Source of the DNA: a virus
IMG/VR virus record: IMGVR_UViG_3300033512_000347
Coordinates: 21,083 to 85,082 of that record
Strand: one strand, 5' to 3'
DNA: 64,000 bases
Shown: piece by piece, positions 8,747 to 18,557 of the stretch
Position numbering within the stretch: the first letter of the stretch is position 1
How the letters are laid out: each line of letters opens with the position of its first letter
Notes under the pieces: generated by a model
What the model was told of the DNA's origin: nothing
What the model saw: the letters and a program-made list of their open reading frames with translations, nothing else
Database searches by the model: none
Program-made: the position numbers and the translations under genes

Positions 8747-10402
8747 CTATACTAATTTATCCATTCGTTCACGAATTTCTGTTAATGTTGTTTTATTAAA
8801 AAACTTACCATCTTTATAAATAGTTTGTAATATATTAGCATCAGAGTAAGCTACTTGTTCTTCAACTTCACTTTTAACAACATATTCATTTTGATGTAGA
8901 TAAACAAATTGAAAACCTTTTAATGATTTTTTAGAACCATCGTCTGTAACTGGGTCTTTATAAATGTTGTAACCTTTTTTAATTTTAGGCATAATTCCAC
9001 TTCCACCTTCCCAATAATCTAAATCATCACTTTCTACTTCAAACCAAGCACCTTTAGCGGCAAACCCCATAGTATCACGTGTATTCATTTGATATGTAAA
9101 TGAACCAACACCTAATACAATATTTGTAGCAGCAAATCCTTTAGCAGCTAATCTTTCATAAATAGATTGTTGACGTTCAAGATTAATTGAATCTCCATAA
9201 ATAGCACCAATATAAGGTGGTAATACTTTATAACCTTGTTCGTTAATCGTATAACCGAAAATATCGGCAAGTAATTCGATAACACCTTTAGTTGTAGGTT
9301 CATTTAGATAATTTTCTCCTCTAAATCCTTTATCTGTATTAAAACCTCCAATAATTTTAGTAACCTTACCATCATCAACACCACAAATTATATCAACTGG
9401 ATCTCCTGAATCAGGTCTAACTACTAGTTTCCCTTTACGATTAACTACAAGTTCTTTAATTTCTGGGTCTCTCAGATAATTAATAAATTGCCATGTACTA
9501 AATGTATCACAAACCATTGAAAACATACCTTCTGGTATTCTTGTTAACCAATCGATAATCATCTGTCTTTCACCAACAGTAAATATTTCTGTTGTAGAAA
9601 CACTATGTTCAGAGGCATTTACAGAACCAATACATACTTGATCTAAAGGTTCATTATAAAAAAATCTAGCAGATGGGATTACAGGTAATGTATCACTACC
9701 CATAAAACAAGTAGCGTGACCTAAACCAGAAGCTATTTGTGAATATGGATCTAATCCACGAGCACTAAAATCATGACATAACCATGGAATCAACCAAGCA
9801 TTTGTTGGATCTGTTTTCATTACATATTCATAACATCTTCTTTTATATTGAAGTGCTATTGTAGCAGATGTTGGAGCTTTCCAAGCTAATGAACTAATAA
9901 ATGTTTCCAAATACAAAGTTAACCAAGCAAATCCATCGACAGTATTAATAAATGTCATATGTGGAATATTCGGTAAAGTCTCTATACCTTCTGGTAAAGA
10001 TTGAATTTCGATAGGTAAATAACCTAAATCAAATAATTCTTCAAAATGTTTACCATCATAAGGTAAATTAAGATATAAAGACATATCTTTAACAAATCGT
10101 AAAGCGTCTTCTTTATAATTTATCCTATTTTCTTGTGGTGTCTCTAATATATCATATGATCTTTCTAACATTTTTCGTTTTTCTCCACCAAAGAAATTTT
10201 CTTCAAATTCGTGGTGTAACCATTTTACAACTAATTGTTGACCAAATGATACAACTTTAGTAGCTCCCTTAGGACCATATTTAAGACTTCTTGGAATCCA
10301 AGTCCCATATAATCTTGTTGTATTAGGAGCAAGCATTGATTTGTGTCCTACTTTATAACCATCACTATTATATAGTGCACTAAAACCAGGTATTTTAAAC
10401 AT
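8747..10402 (-). CDS. nadV: Nicotinamide phosphoribosyltransferase-like protein (candidate Namat of NARP1)
   Basis: SDGYKVGH, HDFSARG, ASEHSV, VRPDSGDP, IYGDSI, GVGSFTYQ..TRDT, KDPVTD..KKS.KG. Confidence 0.95.
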   Translation of the reverse strand: MFKIPGFSALYNSDGYKVGHKSMLAPNTTRLYGTWIPRSLKYGPKGATKVVSFGQQLVVKWLHHEFEENFFGGEKRKMLERSYDILETPQENRINYKEDALRFVKDMSLYLNLPYDGKHFEELFDLGYLPIEIQSLPEGIETLPNIPHMTFINTVDGFAWLTLYLETFISSLAWKAPTSATIALQYKRRCYEYVMKTDPTNAWLIPWLCHDFSARGLDPYSQIASGLGHATCFMGSDTLPVIPSARFFYNEPLDQVCIGSVNASEHSVSTTEIFTVGERQMIIDWLTRIPEGMFSMVCDTFSTWQFINYLRDPEIKELVVNRKGKLVVRPDSGDPVDIICGVDDGKVTKIIGGFNTDKGFRGENYLNEPTTKGVIELLADIFGYTINEQGYKVLPPYIGAIYGDSINLERQQSIYERLAAKGFAATNIVLGVGSFTYQMNTRDTMGFAAKGAWFEVESDDLDYWEGGSGIMPKIKKGYNIYKDPVTDDGSKKSLKGFQFVYLHQNEYVVKSEVEEQVAYSDANILQTIYKDGKFFNKTTLTEIRERMDKLV

Positions 10403-10715
10403 ATTTATTTTCTTTAAATTTTTTACAAATGAAATCTATCTCTCTATCAGTTAATAATCTATGGAATCTTTTATCTTTATGAGATTCTAAATAATGGTTA
10501 AATTTAAATGCAAATTCTTCCCAAGTTTTAAAATCTCCATGATCATACCATATGCCTATCATTTTATATCCTTGGACTAAGGATAATCTTTTTTCTTCAA
10601 CAAACCCCCAATTTTCTTCTGTAATAGTATAATCAGGTTGATCTGAATTAACTTGTATTATCCATTTACCATTTAATTCCCGAACATCTTTCTCCGATTG
10701 TAGTATTATCTTCAT
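10395..10715 (-). CDS. Hypothetical protein
   Basis: ORF track. Confidence 0.55.
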   Translation of the reverse strand: MKIILQSEKDVRELNGKWIIQVNSDQPDYTITEENWGFVEEKRLSLVQGYKMIGIWYDHGDFKTWEEFAFKFNHYLESHKDKRFHRLLTDREIDFICKKFKENKYV

Positions 10716-10741
10716 AACTTTAATTTTATAATTTTACCTTT

Positions 10742-10772
10742 TAAACATACGAAAAATTATTTTAAAATCAAA
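10742..10772 (-). promoter_or_regulatory. Bacteroidota sigma70-type promoter heading the NAD operon
   Basis: TTTG-N19-TATGTTTA. Confidence 0.55.
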
Positions 10773-10773
10773 A

Positions 10774-10793
10774 TAGGTCTCATATGAGACCTA
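10774..10793. terminator. Inverted repeat TAGGTCTC-ATAT-GAGACCTA
   Basis: Perfect 8-bp stem right after stop of 10797..11261. Confidence 0.5.
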
Positions 10794-10796
10794 ATT

Positions 10797-11261
10797 TTAT
10801 AATATACCTAAGCTATCTAATGCTTCTATAAATTCAAATTGATTGAATTGTTTTAGTGAGGTAGGATCACTTTTATATTTAATATATTCCCCTGTTTGTG
10901 GGTTTTTAAACCTTTCTTTTTCATCATCAGGAACAGGTATGTTTTTTATTGAACACCACCCATAATCATCTTTTGAAGTACCATTCATAAAAACAATACC
11001 TTTATCTTCAATATTAACTACTTGCGGATACCAAAATCTACCTTCTTTATCAACAACTTTTAAATCTTTATATAATTCTGGTAGTGTGGATTCTAATTCT
11101 TCCAAATCAAATTCTCCTTCTTTCCAAAAATCACTTGATTGATATCCGGATACTAAACATTTATATGAATTATATGTTTCATTTATTGGAGTTATAAAAC
11201 AACTCTCTTCTTTTTCAGCAATAGGACTATAACCTAAAACACCTTTTTTATCTATTTTCAT
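10797..11261 (-). CDS. Hypothetical phage protein
   Basis: ORF track. Confidence 0.6.
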   Translation of the reverse strand: MKIDKKGVLGYSPIAEKEESCFITPINETYNSYKCLVSGYQSSDFWKEGEFDLEELESTLPELYKDLKVVDKEGRFWYPQVVNIEDKGIVFMNGTSKDDYGWCSIKNIPVPDDEKERFKNPQTGEYIKYKSDPTSLKQFNQFEFIEALDSLGIL

Positions 11262-11271
11262 AATACTTATT

Positions 11272-12555
11272 TTATACTTTTCTTAATGGAGGTAATACCA
11301 ATAAATATGGAAGTTTAATATTAGTTTCTAAAATATTATATAATTTCTCCTTTATTTTCTCTTGATTAAAATTTTCTTTACAATAAAAACCCAAACGTTT
11401 TCCATTAGTTTCATATTTACTATAATTTTCAAAACAATCTTTCATTATTCCTCCAGCATATCCTAAATCCACACTGAACCACTGAGAACCTTCTATCAAC
11501 ATATCTTTGACTTGAGCGCTTGGGTGGATTGGAGTTAAATTACCTGGAACTAAAGATGTAAAATCTTTATTTAAAAAATCTAAATGACCTGACCAATTTG
11601 ACGCTATTACTGGTTTTTTACTTTGTGTAAATTCTAATAATGGTCTACCATATCCTTCTCCTTTTGTTAAACTAACCATCGCTTTAATTTTTGGATGGTT
11701 ATATAACTCATTCATTTCGTTATCAGTTATTTCACCATGAAATAAATAAATGTTAGGTAAATTGGTAGAATTAACAGTTTTTCTAATTTGGTCTATTCTT
11801 TTCAATATTTCTTCTCTGTTAGGAATAGAACATGACGATATTGATGTTTTTAATATTAATGCAGGTTTATCTTTTTTATTTTTAAATGTTTCTAAAAATA
11901 CTTTTATTAACCCAGTAATATTTTTTCTATCTTCATTAAATTGTCCATTTAGCCATGAACCAGTGAATAGAAAGCAGAATTTTTCATCAATCTTATTTAA
12001 TTCCTTATTAATTTCACTCTCTTTAGGTAAAGATGGAATAAACTTAAAAATATCTTCATTAAATCCTTCTCCAACAACCTCAATTAATTTTTCACATTTA
12101 AGTTTGCCTACAATTTGTTTTGTATTTGGATCTTGTTTATCAAAAATAGTATTCATAAACACATCTTTGGAATGTTGGGATGGAACTAAAATTAAATCCA
12201 TCTTATTTAAACCTTCAATCCACCCAGGAGCACTAATATTAGTTTCAATCCCTGCTGTAATTAATATATTATAATTTCCTATAGGTTGAGCTTCTGTTGG
12301 GATGGTATGCCAAATCATAACATCTGGTTTATATGTTAGATTCTCTTTTAAAATATATTTATCTAAAAATCCCCATTCATTATAGTTATCTTGAATGAAA
12401 CCTTCAGGTAACATTCCCCAACCACAAGGGATAATTTTTATATCATAATTATCGTCATATAATTCAATTAATGACTTAGCCCACATTCTTCCAGCACTTG
12501 GATAACCTCCGTAGACATCAACACTTGAATATAGTACTAATTTTGGTTTACTCAT
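11272..12555 (-). CDS. Glycosyltransferase family 4 (GT-B)
   Basis: MVSLTKGEGYGRPLLEF...KPVIASNWSGHLDF. Confidence 0.88.
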   Translation of the reverse strand: MSKPKLVLYSSVDVYGGYPSAGRMWAKSLIELYDDNYDIKIIPCGWGMLPEGFIQDNYNEWGFLDKYILKENLTYKPDVMIWHTIPTEAQPIGNYNILITAGIETNISAPGWIEGLNKMDLILVPSQHSKDVFMNTIFDKQDPNTKQIVGKLKCEKLIEVVGEGFNEDIFKFIPSLPKESEINKELNKIDEKFCFLFTGSWLNGQFNEDRKNITGLIKVFLETFKNKKDKPALILKTSISSCSIPNREEILKRIDQIRKTVNSTNLPNIYLFHGEITDNEMNELYNHPKIKAMVSLTKGEGYGRPLLEFTQSKKPVIASNWSGHLDFLNKDFTSLVPGNLTPIHPSAQVKDMLIEGSQWFSVDLGYAGGIMKDCFENYSKYETNGKRLGFYCKENFNQEKIKEKLYNILETNIKLPYLLVLPPLRKV

Positions 12556-12556
12556 A

Positions 12557-13984
12557 TTAATATATTAATTTTTGTTTTTGGAATTTATCTTCCAGCTCAG
12601 TTATTTTTGTTATATCAAAGGTTGGTTTTGGTGTGAATTTTTCTAATGTTTCATTAATACCTTCGACCATATTATTACACATATTATTAGCAGACATCAT
12701 AGATTCTTTAGAAGTAACCCATTCACGACCTTTCAATCCATTTGATGTTCTTTCTTCTGGTTTCATTTTATAAACCTTTTCAATAGCATCAGCTAAATCT
12801 CTAAAATCTAAATGTGTGTCCCAAATATATGGTGTTTGAACTGATCCAACTAATGATAGATTATTTGGAAATACAGGAACCGACCACTCTCCATGTTTTT
12901 TAAATTTACCAAAATGATTAGATGGGAAATCTTCATTAAATTCAATCCATTTTCCCTCTTCGTCCATAAATTTCATTTGGTCTTGCATCCCACCAGTAAC
13001 ATTAGCTATAATCATAGTTCCAGCCATTAATGATTCGGTAAGAGATAAACCCCAACCTTCATTAGAAGACGGCAAACATGTTACATTAGATATATTATAA
13101 AGGAGATTCATTCCATTTGAATCCAGTTTTTTATTTGTAAAATAAACGTTGGATTTTTTACCAAATAACATTTCTCTAACAGCTAATAAATCAGTTCCAT
13201 TAGGATCAATAGCATCTGTATGTAATAACAAAGATATTTTTTCTTGTTGTTCAGGAGTTAATTTTTCTTGAAATAATTTCCAAGCAACCATTAAATCTGA
13301 TGGACATTTTCTTCTAATATTTCTAGAATTGAAAAAAGCTACAAATTCGGGTTCTTTGTCTTCAAAATATTCTTTTTTAGTATTTGAAATTAATATTTTA
13401 TCTTCGATTGGATAAAATTTATCTTCATTAATTCCGTGAGGTATATATTTAATAATTTTATTCTTAGATTTATCACCTAAAACAACTTTATTAATATTAA
13501 CAGTTTGTTTTGAAATACCAAATAAAGAATCACAACTATCATAAGCTGATAAATTCCATTTCGGGTAAGGTAACTCATCCCAAATGTTATAATACATTAT
13601 TGGAATTTGTTTTCTAATCTCATTTTCAATTTTAAATAACCATTCAAAATAACGAGGATCTGTAAATATCATTATTGCATCTGGTTTTTCGTGTTTGATA
13701 ATTTGTCTTATCAATCTAGCATCCCCATATCCATTATTTGGTAATAATAAAACAGATGAATCTTCATTCCCTGTTTCTTTATTTACAAAATCACTCATAT
13801 CTACTCTTTGCCCAGCGTGTGGGTGATTAATTCCAGCACCTAATTGTACCCAATTATAAACATGAGATGTGCCTAAAATTATTTCTCGTGACATTGTCGC
13901 CACTCCAGAAAATAACATAAAATCATCAGATATAAGTAGTATTTTCTTCCTTTCTTCTTTTGGTATATAACCTGGTTTTGTCAT
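12557..13984 (-). CDS. Glycosyltransferase family 4 (GT-B)
   Basis: ILLISDD..LFSGVA; SSNEGWGLSLTESLMAGT.IIANVTGGMQDQ. Confidence 0.88.
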   Translation of the reverse strand: MTKPGYIPKEERKKILLISDDFMLFSGVATMSREIILGTSHVYNWVQLGAGINHPHAGQRVDMSDFVNKETGNEDSSVLLLPNNGYGDARLIRQIIKHEKPDAIMIFTDPRYFEWLFKIENEIRKQIPIMYYNIWDELPYPKWNLSAYDSCDSLFGISKQTVNINKVVLGDKSKNKIIKYIPHGINEDKFYPIEDKILISNTKKEYFEDKEPEFVAFFNSRNIRRKCPSDLMVAWKLFQEKLTPEQQEKISLLLHTDAIDPNGTDLLAVREMLFGKKSNVYFTNKKLDSNGMNLLYNISNVTCLPSSNEGWGLSLTESLMAGTMIIANVTGGMQDQMKFMDEEGKWIEFNEDFPSNHFGKFKKHGEWSVPVFPNNLSLVGSVQTPYIWDTHLDFRDLADAIEKVYKMKPEERTSNGLKGREWVTSKESMMSANNMCNNMVEGINETLEKFTPKPTFDITKITELEDKFQKQKLIY

Positions 13985-14002
13985 AAATTAATTTTATTTT
14001 TT

Positions 14003-14034
14003 CTAATATACATAAACTTTATTGGTTATCCAAA
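14003..14034 (-). promoter_or_regulatory. Bacteroidota sigma70-type promoter
   Basis: TTTG-N20-TATATTAG. Confidence 0.5.
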
Positions 14035-14037
14035 TAA

Positions 14038-14307
14038 TTATAATTTAGAGTTGTTATATTTTTCATGATTTTCATCAAAATCAAAATAAAACTCTATAAC
14101 TTCTATTAACTCTTTTTCCACCTTCTCTCTAGGTAAACCATGATTATTTACAATATCATCAATAGATTTTAATACATTATCATATAATTTATCAAACTTT
14201 GTTTTTAATCTTGATATTTTATCTTCAGGCATTTCATATTTACTTTTACAATATTCTAAAAGTATATTGAAATGATAATCATAATTAGTTTTTATTTCAT
14301 TCTCCAT
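14038..14307 (-). CDS. Hypothetical protein
   Basis: ORF track. Confidence 0.5.
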   Translation of the reverse strand: MENEIKTNYDYHFNILLEYCKSKYEMPEDKISRLKTKFDKLYDNVLKSIDDIVNNHGLPREKVEKELIEVIEFYFDFDENHEKYNNSKL

Positions 14308-14794
14308 ATTTTTTATTTTTAGAAAAATATCCTTTTATTAATAATCCTTTTTTACCCTTAGCTGAATATTCGTTATTTTCATTATCGATTATTTTATCCA
14401 ATAATATGTGGAGATGTTTTCTTTTTAATACATCGTCATCACCATCTAATGGAAGGTGGAGAACTATATTTTTATAGGGTGAAAAAGTTAATGGGTCATA
14501 AAATGTTGGTGTTATACAACATCCATCCTTTATAGGTAGGTGAATAATATTAGGATCATAGATAACAGGTGTCTCAGTTATACTATGAATAAAAAACTCA
14601 CCCTCAATTATTTTACCATCTACTAATTTTTGAGTTTGTGATAATACCTCTGTATGTTGGGTAGATAATTTTAAATCACATTTCTCAAATTCTTTAGATT
14701 TTGATATAAGAGGAAGTAATAATTCTAAATATTTCCCTTGGATTATATCTGTATTATTAAAATATTCTTCTGTTAATATTTCTCGTAAATTCAT
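14297..14794 (-). CDS. Hypothetical protein
   Basis: ORF track. Confidence 0.55.
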   Translation of the reverse strand: MNLREILTEEYFNNTDIIQGKYLELLLPLISKSKEFEKCDLKLSTQHTEVLSQTQKLVDGKIIEGEFFIHSITETPVIYDPNIIHLPIKDGCCITPTFYDPLTFSPYKNIVLHLPLDGDDDVLKRKHLHILLDKIIDNENNEYSAKGKKGLLIKGYFSKNKKYGE

Positions 14795-14992
14795 TTATTT
14801 TCTTTTAAATTCTAAGTCGTTTTTTGAATGTAGTTTATTCCTGAATTCATCATCTTCTAAATATAATAATATTGCCCTGTCTACTAATTTTTGTAGTGAG
14901 AATTTATATCTTATAGTTTGAACTTTAAATTCTTCAAACAATTCAGTATCGACTTTTACTGATGTTAATGTTCTTGATTCATTTTTTCCCAT
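14795..14992 (-). CDS. Ribbon-helix-helix-type DNA-binding protein
   Basis: LTSVKVDTELFEEFK....SLQKLVDRAILLYL. Confidence 0.6.
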   Translation of the reverse strand: MGKNESRTLTSVKVDTELFEEFKVQTIRYKFSLQKLVDRAILLYLEDDEFRNKLHSKNDLEFKRK

Positions 14993-15035
14993 TGTATTTT
15001 AATTTTAGTTATTTGTATATAAATATATAAATAGT

Positions 15036-16022
15036 CTAAAATATTGTGAATGGGTTTTGTGGTTTTTTAAATGGTGTTCCTCTACTACAATGTTCATCTA
15101 GGTCTTTGAATGGACAATACCCACAATTGGTTGGAGATATTCTTTTTTTAAATATATCTTTAGTGATATTCCCATGTTTATCAAATGTAGAGTTAGCAAA
15201 ATCTTCTAACATCTCATATGCTTTTTTTATTTTACCTTTCCCAGATGCTGGTATAAATTCTTGGATTCTTTTCTCAGGATAATCGCCATCTTCTTTAATT
15301 TTCCTTTTTAGAATCATAAATTTTACTTCTATATCTTCTATAGGAAAATCATATTGTTCAGAAAATATTTTTTTATATAATAATAATTGTGCTAATTTTC
15401 CTTCATCTTTTTTATTTTTATCATACCAAGCTTTGGTTGATGATTTTAAATCGATAATTAATATTTTATTTGTTGGTTCATGATATAAAACTAAATCCAG
15501 AGCACCATTATAATATACGTTTGGTATAATATTATGAGATATTGGAACTTCACAACCAACTAAATGCCATCCTCTTTTAGAAAAATATTCACCAATTTTT
15601 CTTTTAAAATACCTTAATATTTCAAGACCATCCAAACAGAATTCATCTAATTGTTCTGGTGTTGAAAAGTGGTTTTTATTATTTTTTATATATTGTTCTA
15701 AGTAATTTTGTTTTAATTTAGTACGAAAAGTCATATCTAAATCCAATCTATCAGCAGCTGCTTTACTTTGTTCATAATATACAGTAAGATATGTTTGAAT
15801 TATTTCATGTAGAGTTATTCCAAATAATAAATGTATATTAAAATTAGGAATTTTAATTTTATCTCTATATGTAAGTCCCCATCTATATTCACAACTATTA
15901 AAAATAGTCATCTGTGAATGACTAATAATTTTATCAGTACTCCAATCTATACTTCTTTGTTTGTAATTTCGAACATATTTTAATATTTGAGGAATAGATT
16001 TCTTTTCTTTTACTTTTTTCAA
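15036..16022 (-). CDS. PD-(D/E)XK nuclease (Cas4/RecB-like exonuclease)
   Basis: ISHSQ...C, FGITLHE, G.LD....IIDLKSS, QLLLY, C-terminal CGYCPF...C. Confidence 0.85.
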   Translation of the reverse strand: MKKVKEKKSIPQILKYVRNYKQRSIDWSTDKIISHSQMTIFNSCEYRWGLTYRDKIKIPNFNIHLLFGITLHEIIQTYLTVYYEQSKAAADRLDLDMTFRTKLKQNYLEQYIKNNKNHFSTPEQLDEFCLDGLEILRYFKRKIGEYFSKRGWHLVGCEVPISHNIIPNVYYNGALDLVLYHEPTNKILIIDLKSSTKAWYDKNKKDEGKLAQLLLYKKIFSEQYDFPIEDIEVKFMILKRKIKEDGDYPEKRIQEFIPASGKGKIKKAYEMLEDFANSTFDKHGNITKDIFKKRISPTNCGYCPFKDLDEHCSRGTPFKKPQNPFTIF

Positions 16023-16028
16023 TATATT

Positions 16029-16340
16029 TTATAATTTTAAAAATTTAAAATTAACTGTATTAAAATTAACCCCAGGAAATTCTTCTAATTCAATTGTTGA
16101 TGATGATCTTCCAACATCCATGGAATGTAATATATATGGATATAAAAACTTTAAATCTTTAATTTTTTCTTTGTCTGAAGAATAACCATTGTTCATTGTT
16201 TCTTCATCTATAAAAACTTTAAATTTATTATTTAAAATAAAAGCTTTATCTTCTTCAGAATTTTCGCCAAATCCAAAATAACTCATTCTAAAGTAAATCC
16301 CCATTACTTTTTGTTGTAATTCTTTATCTTCTACTAACAT
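16029..16340 (-). CDS. Hypothetical protein
   Basis: ORF track. Confidence 0.5.
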   Translation of the reverse strand: MLVEDKELQQKVMGIYFRMSYFGFGENSEEDKAFILNNKFKVFIDEETMNNGYSSDKEKIKDLKFLYPYILHSMDVGRSSSTIELEEFPGVNFNTVNFKFLKL

Positions 16341-16491
16341 AATTGATTTTTATAAAAATCCCACCTAACTGCTTCACTATATTTGAATATTTAACTAAAG
16401 ATGCTATCTTTAAAGTGTTATATTTCCTTATACTTCGGGTCTTTCAAGGTTACAGGTTTGTGGGAAAGTTACTATTAACCTTTGTTCACTT

Positions 16492-16779
16492 TTATAATTC
16501 TTCTACATCATAACGATTAGCTAAATCTTCAGCAAATTCGTCTGCATTTAATGGTTTTTCAATAACTTCAGGATTATTTGAATAATGTTTCCAAGATTCA
16601 TCCCATTGTGATATCTCTTCTAAAATATCTCTAAAAATTGTTTTTTTATCTTTTTCTAACATAGGTTTTACGTCTCTATTTTGTGTCATATTTGTAGTTG
16701 TTTGTGTCCAATCTCCTAAACCAGTATATGATTTAGCATCTTCTTGCATTTCCATATATTTTGTTACAGAATCACTCAT
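16492..16779 (-). CDS. Hypothetical protein
   Basis: ORF track. Confidence 0.5.
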   Translation of the reverse strand: MSDSVTKYMEMQEDAKSYTGLGDWTQTTTNMTQNRDVKPMLEKDKKTIFRDILEEISQWDESWKHYSNNPEVIEKPLNADEFAEDLANRYDVEEL

Positions 16780-16785
16780 AATTTA

Positions 16786-17193
16786 TCATTTTAATAGTTT
16801 TATTTGTTCTTTATCATTAATTCCCATATTACTTAATATAGATTTTATTTTTTGTTCATCTAGTATATCTAAACTATCGCTTATCTCTCTCGTACTTGTT
16901 TTATAAAACGATGCTAATAAATCTATAACGTCTTCACTATAATTATTTTTCTTAGCTTTAATCCACCTGTAATAAAGTTTTTTCTTAGGTAGAACTTTTA
17001 AATAAAGATTATAATGATGTTTATTACTAACTTGATATTTTTGCACATCACTAATTATTTCAATAAGTTCAGGACACATAGAAAGCCATAAATTAACTAT
17101 AAAAGGTAAGTAAGTTTTTTGCTCCTCGAGAGAGTGTTTTTCCCAAGGAGTTTTATAAACTGTTAAATGATTTAACCAATCACCTGGTTTCAT
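16786..17193 (-). CDS. Clamp loader small subunit (T4 gp62-like)
   Basis: YLPFIVNLWLSM...LPKKK.Y..WIK pattern; next to gp44-like gene. Confidence 0.7.
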   Translation of the reverse strand: MKPGDWLNHLTVYKTPWEKHSLEEQKTYLPFIVNLWLSMCPELIEIISDVQKYQVSNKHHYNLYLKVLPKKKLYYRWIKAKKNNYSEDVIDLLASFYKTSTREISDSLDILDEQKIKSILSNMGINDKEQIKLLK

Positions 17194-17426
17194 TAGTCTT
17201 CGTTTTCTATAATAAATCTCATTTCTTGAGGCACACCATCCAAATTAATTTCTCCCGTTTCTGGGTCGAAATATATTTGTAATGGTAATATCATATCCTC
17301 ACCAGCACCCGTAATAAATCTACTCACTTTACGAAGTACAAAACCTTGCTGCCAGATTTTTTTCCCAGATTTAGTTAACACTGGGGTTGTTTTTTTAAGA
17401 TCCAAATTCATTTTTGGTTGTTCCAT
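17193..17426 (-). CDS. Hypothetical phage protein
   Basis: ORF track; QGFVLRKVSRFITG. Confidence 0.6.
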   Translation of the reverse strand: MEQPKMNLDLKKTTPVLTKSGKKIWQQGFVLRKVSRFITGAGEDMILPLQIYFDPETGEINLDGVPQEMRFIIENED

Positions 17427-17436
17427 AATCTTGTTT

Positions 17437-18348
17437 TTATTTATTGTTTATAATTCTCGAACATAATCCAAGGAATGTAATGTCCTTGCTTGGACTACTT
17501 GTTGATTGGAATAATGACTCAGCTATATACCAAGCAACACCAGTATTTGAGGTGTATTCATCTAATCTATCACTTAATAATGAATATAATTCTGTATAAT
17601 CTTTTAATTGTAAATCAATTACAATTTTTCTCACATCATTAAATTTATTATCTTTTAATGATTTAATAAGTAAATCACTTACTTTATTTATTTGACTTTG
17701 AACACTCGTTACTACTAATTCTCCAGTTTTAGAAAAAGATTGTAATTTTATTAATGTTTGTCTATTATCAGGATATGTCTGATTTACTAATTGTGCTATA
17801 TCAGGTAATGAAAATTTTATATTTTCATTTTCTAATATTTGTTTACATTTAGAGGCTAATTCTGATTTAGATGGGGGAGTTAATTCATATCTCTCTAGAC
17901 GTGATGAAATAGGACTAGCTATTCTTTCAAAATAATTACAAGTAAATATAAAACGGGTTCCTAGTGAGAATGTTTCAATAATATTCCTTAATGCCATTTG
18001 TGCAGCGGCAGTTAAATAATCAGCTTCATCTAATATAATTATTTTTAATGGTTTGAATGAGGCTGATGATGCGAATGATTTTACTTTTTCACGAATAGTA
18101 TCAATACCATTTTCATCTGATGCATTAATGTAGAGAGAATCGCAGTCAATATTTTCTACAACTAATTTAGCTGCTGTGGTTTTACCAGAACCCGGTATTC
18201 CACTTAATATAATGTTGGGTATTTGTCCTTCTTCAATCCATTTTTCAATATCAGCACGAAACGTTGGGTTACCTATATAACCATTCAAACTTGTACATCT
18301 ATATTTTTCTGTCCAAAGATAATGTTTTGGATTATTTTCTAATGACAT
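17437..18348 (-). CDS. Clamp loader AAA+ subunit (T4 gp44/RFC-like)
   Basis: LWTEKYR, GIPGSGKT, YINASDENGIDTIR, IIILDEAD, FIFTCN, SR motif. Confidence 0.93.
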   Translation of the reverse strand: MSLENNPKHYLWTEKYRCTSLNGYIGNPTFRADIEKWIEEGQIPNIILSGIPGSGKTTAAKLVVENIDCDSLYINASDENGIDTIREKVKSFASSASFKPLKIIILDEADYLTAAAQMALRNIIETFSLGTRFIFTCNYFERIASPISSRLERYELTPPSKSELASKCKQILENENIKFSLPDIAQLVNQTYPDNRQTLIKLQSFSKTGELVVTSVQSQINKVSDLLIKSLKDNKFNDVRKIVIDLQLKDYTELYSLLSDRLDEYTSNTGVAWYIAESLFQSTSSPSKDITFLGLCSRIINNK

Positions 18349-18502
18349 ATTTATAATAATTTTTATTTTCTTTAAATAATGTTCCTTCTCTAACTAATAA
18401 ATTACATATAAATTGGGCCCACTTTGTTGTTGTAAATATATCTCCATTATACAATACATTAAATCCTTGTATCATAAGGATGAAGTCTAATAATTTTACC
18501 AT
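18332..18502 (-). CDS. Possible small hypothetical protein (56 aa, not in ORF track)
   Basis: Manual translation MVKLLDFILM...; its start overlaps the promoter -7 box, so doubtful. Confidence 0.25.
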   Translation of the reverse strand: MVKLLDFILMIQGFNVLYNGDIFTTTKWAQFICNLLVREGTLFKENKNYYKYVIRK

Positions 18503-18532
18503 AATATATAAAATTTATTTGTTAAAAACAAA
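18501..18532 (-). promoter_or_regulatory. Bacteroidota sigma70-type promoter
   Basis: TTTG-N20-TATATTAT. Confidence 0.5.
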
Positions 18533-18551
18533 TCCCTCTTTCGAGGGATTT
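18530..18551 (-). terminator. Rho-independent terminator after groEL
   Basis: AAATCCCTC-GAAA-GAGGGATTT followed by GTTTTT on minus strand. Confidence 0.75.
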
Positions 18552-18557
18552 TATTTT

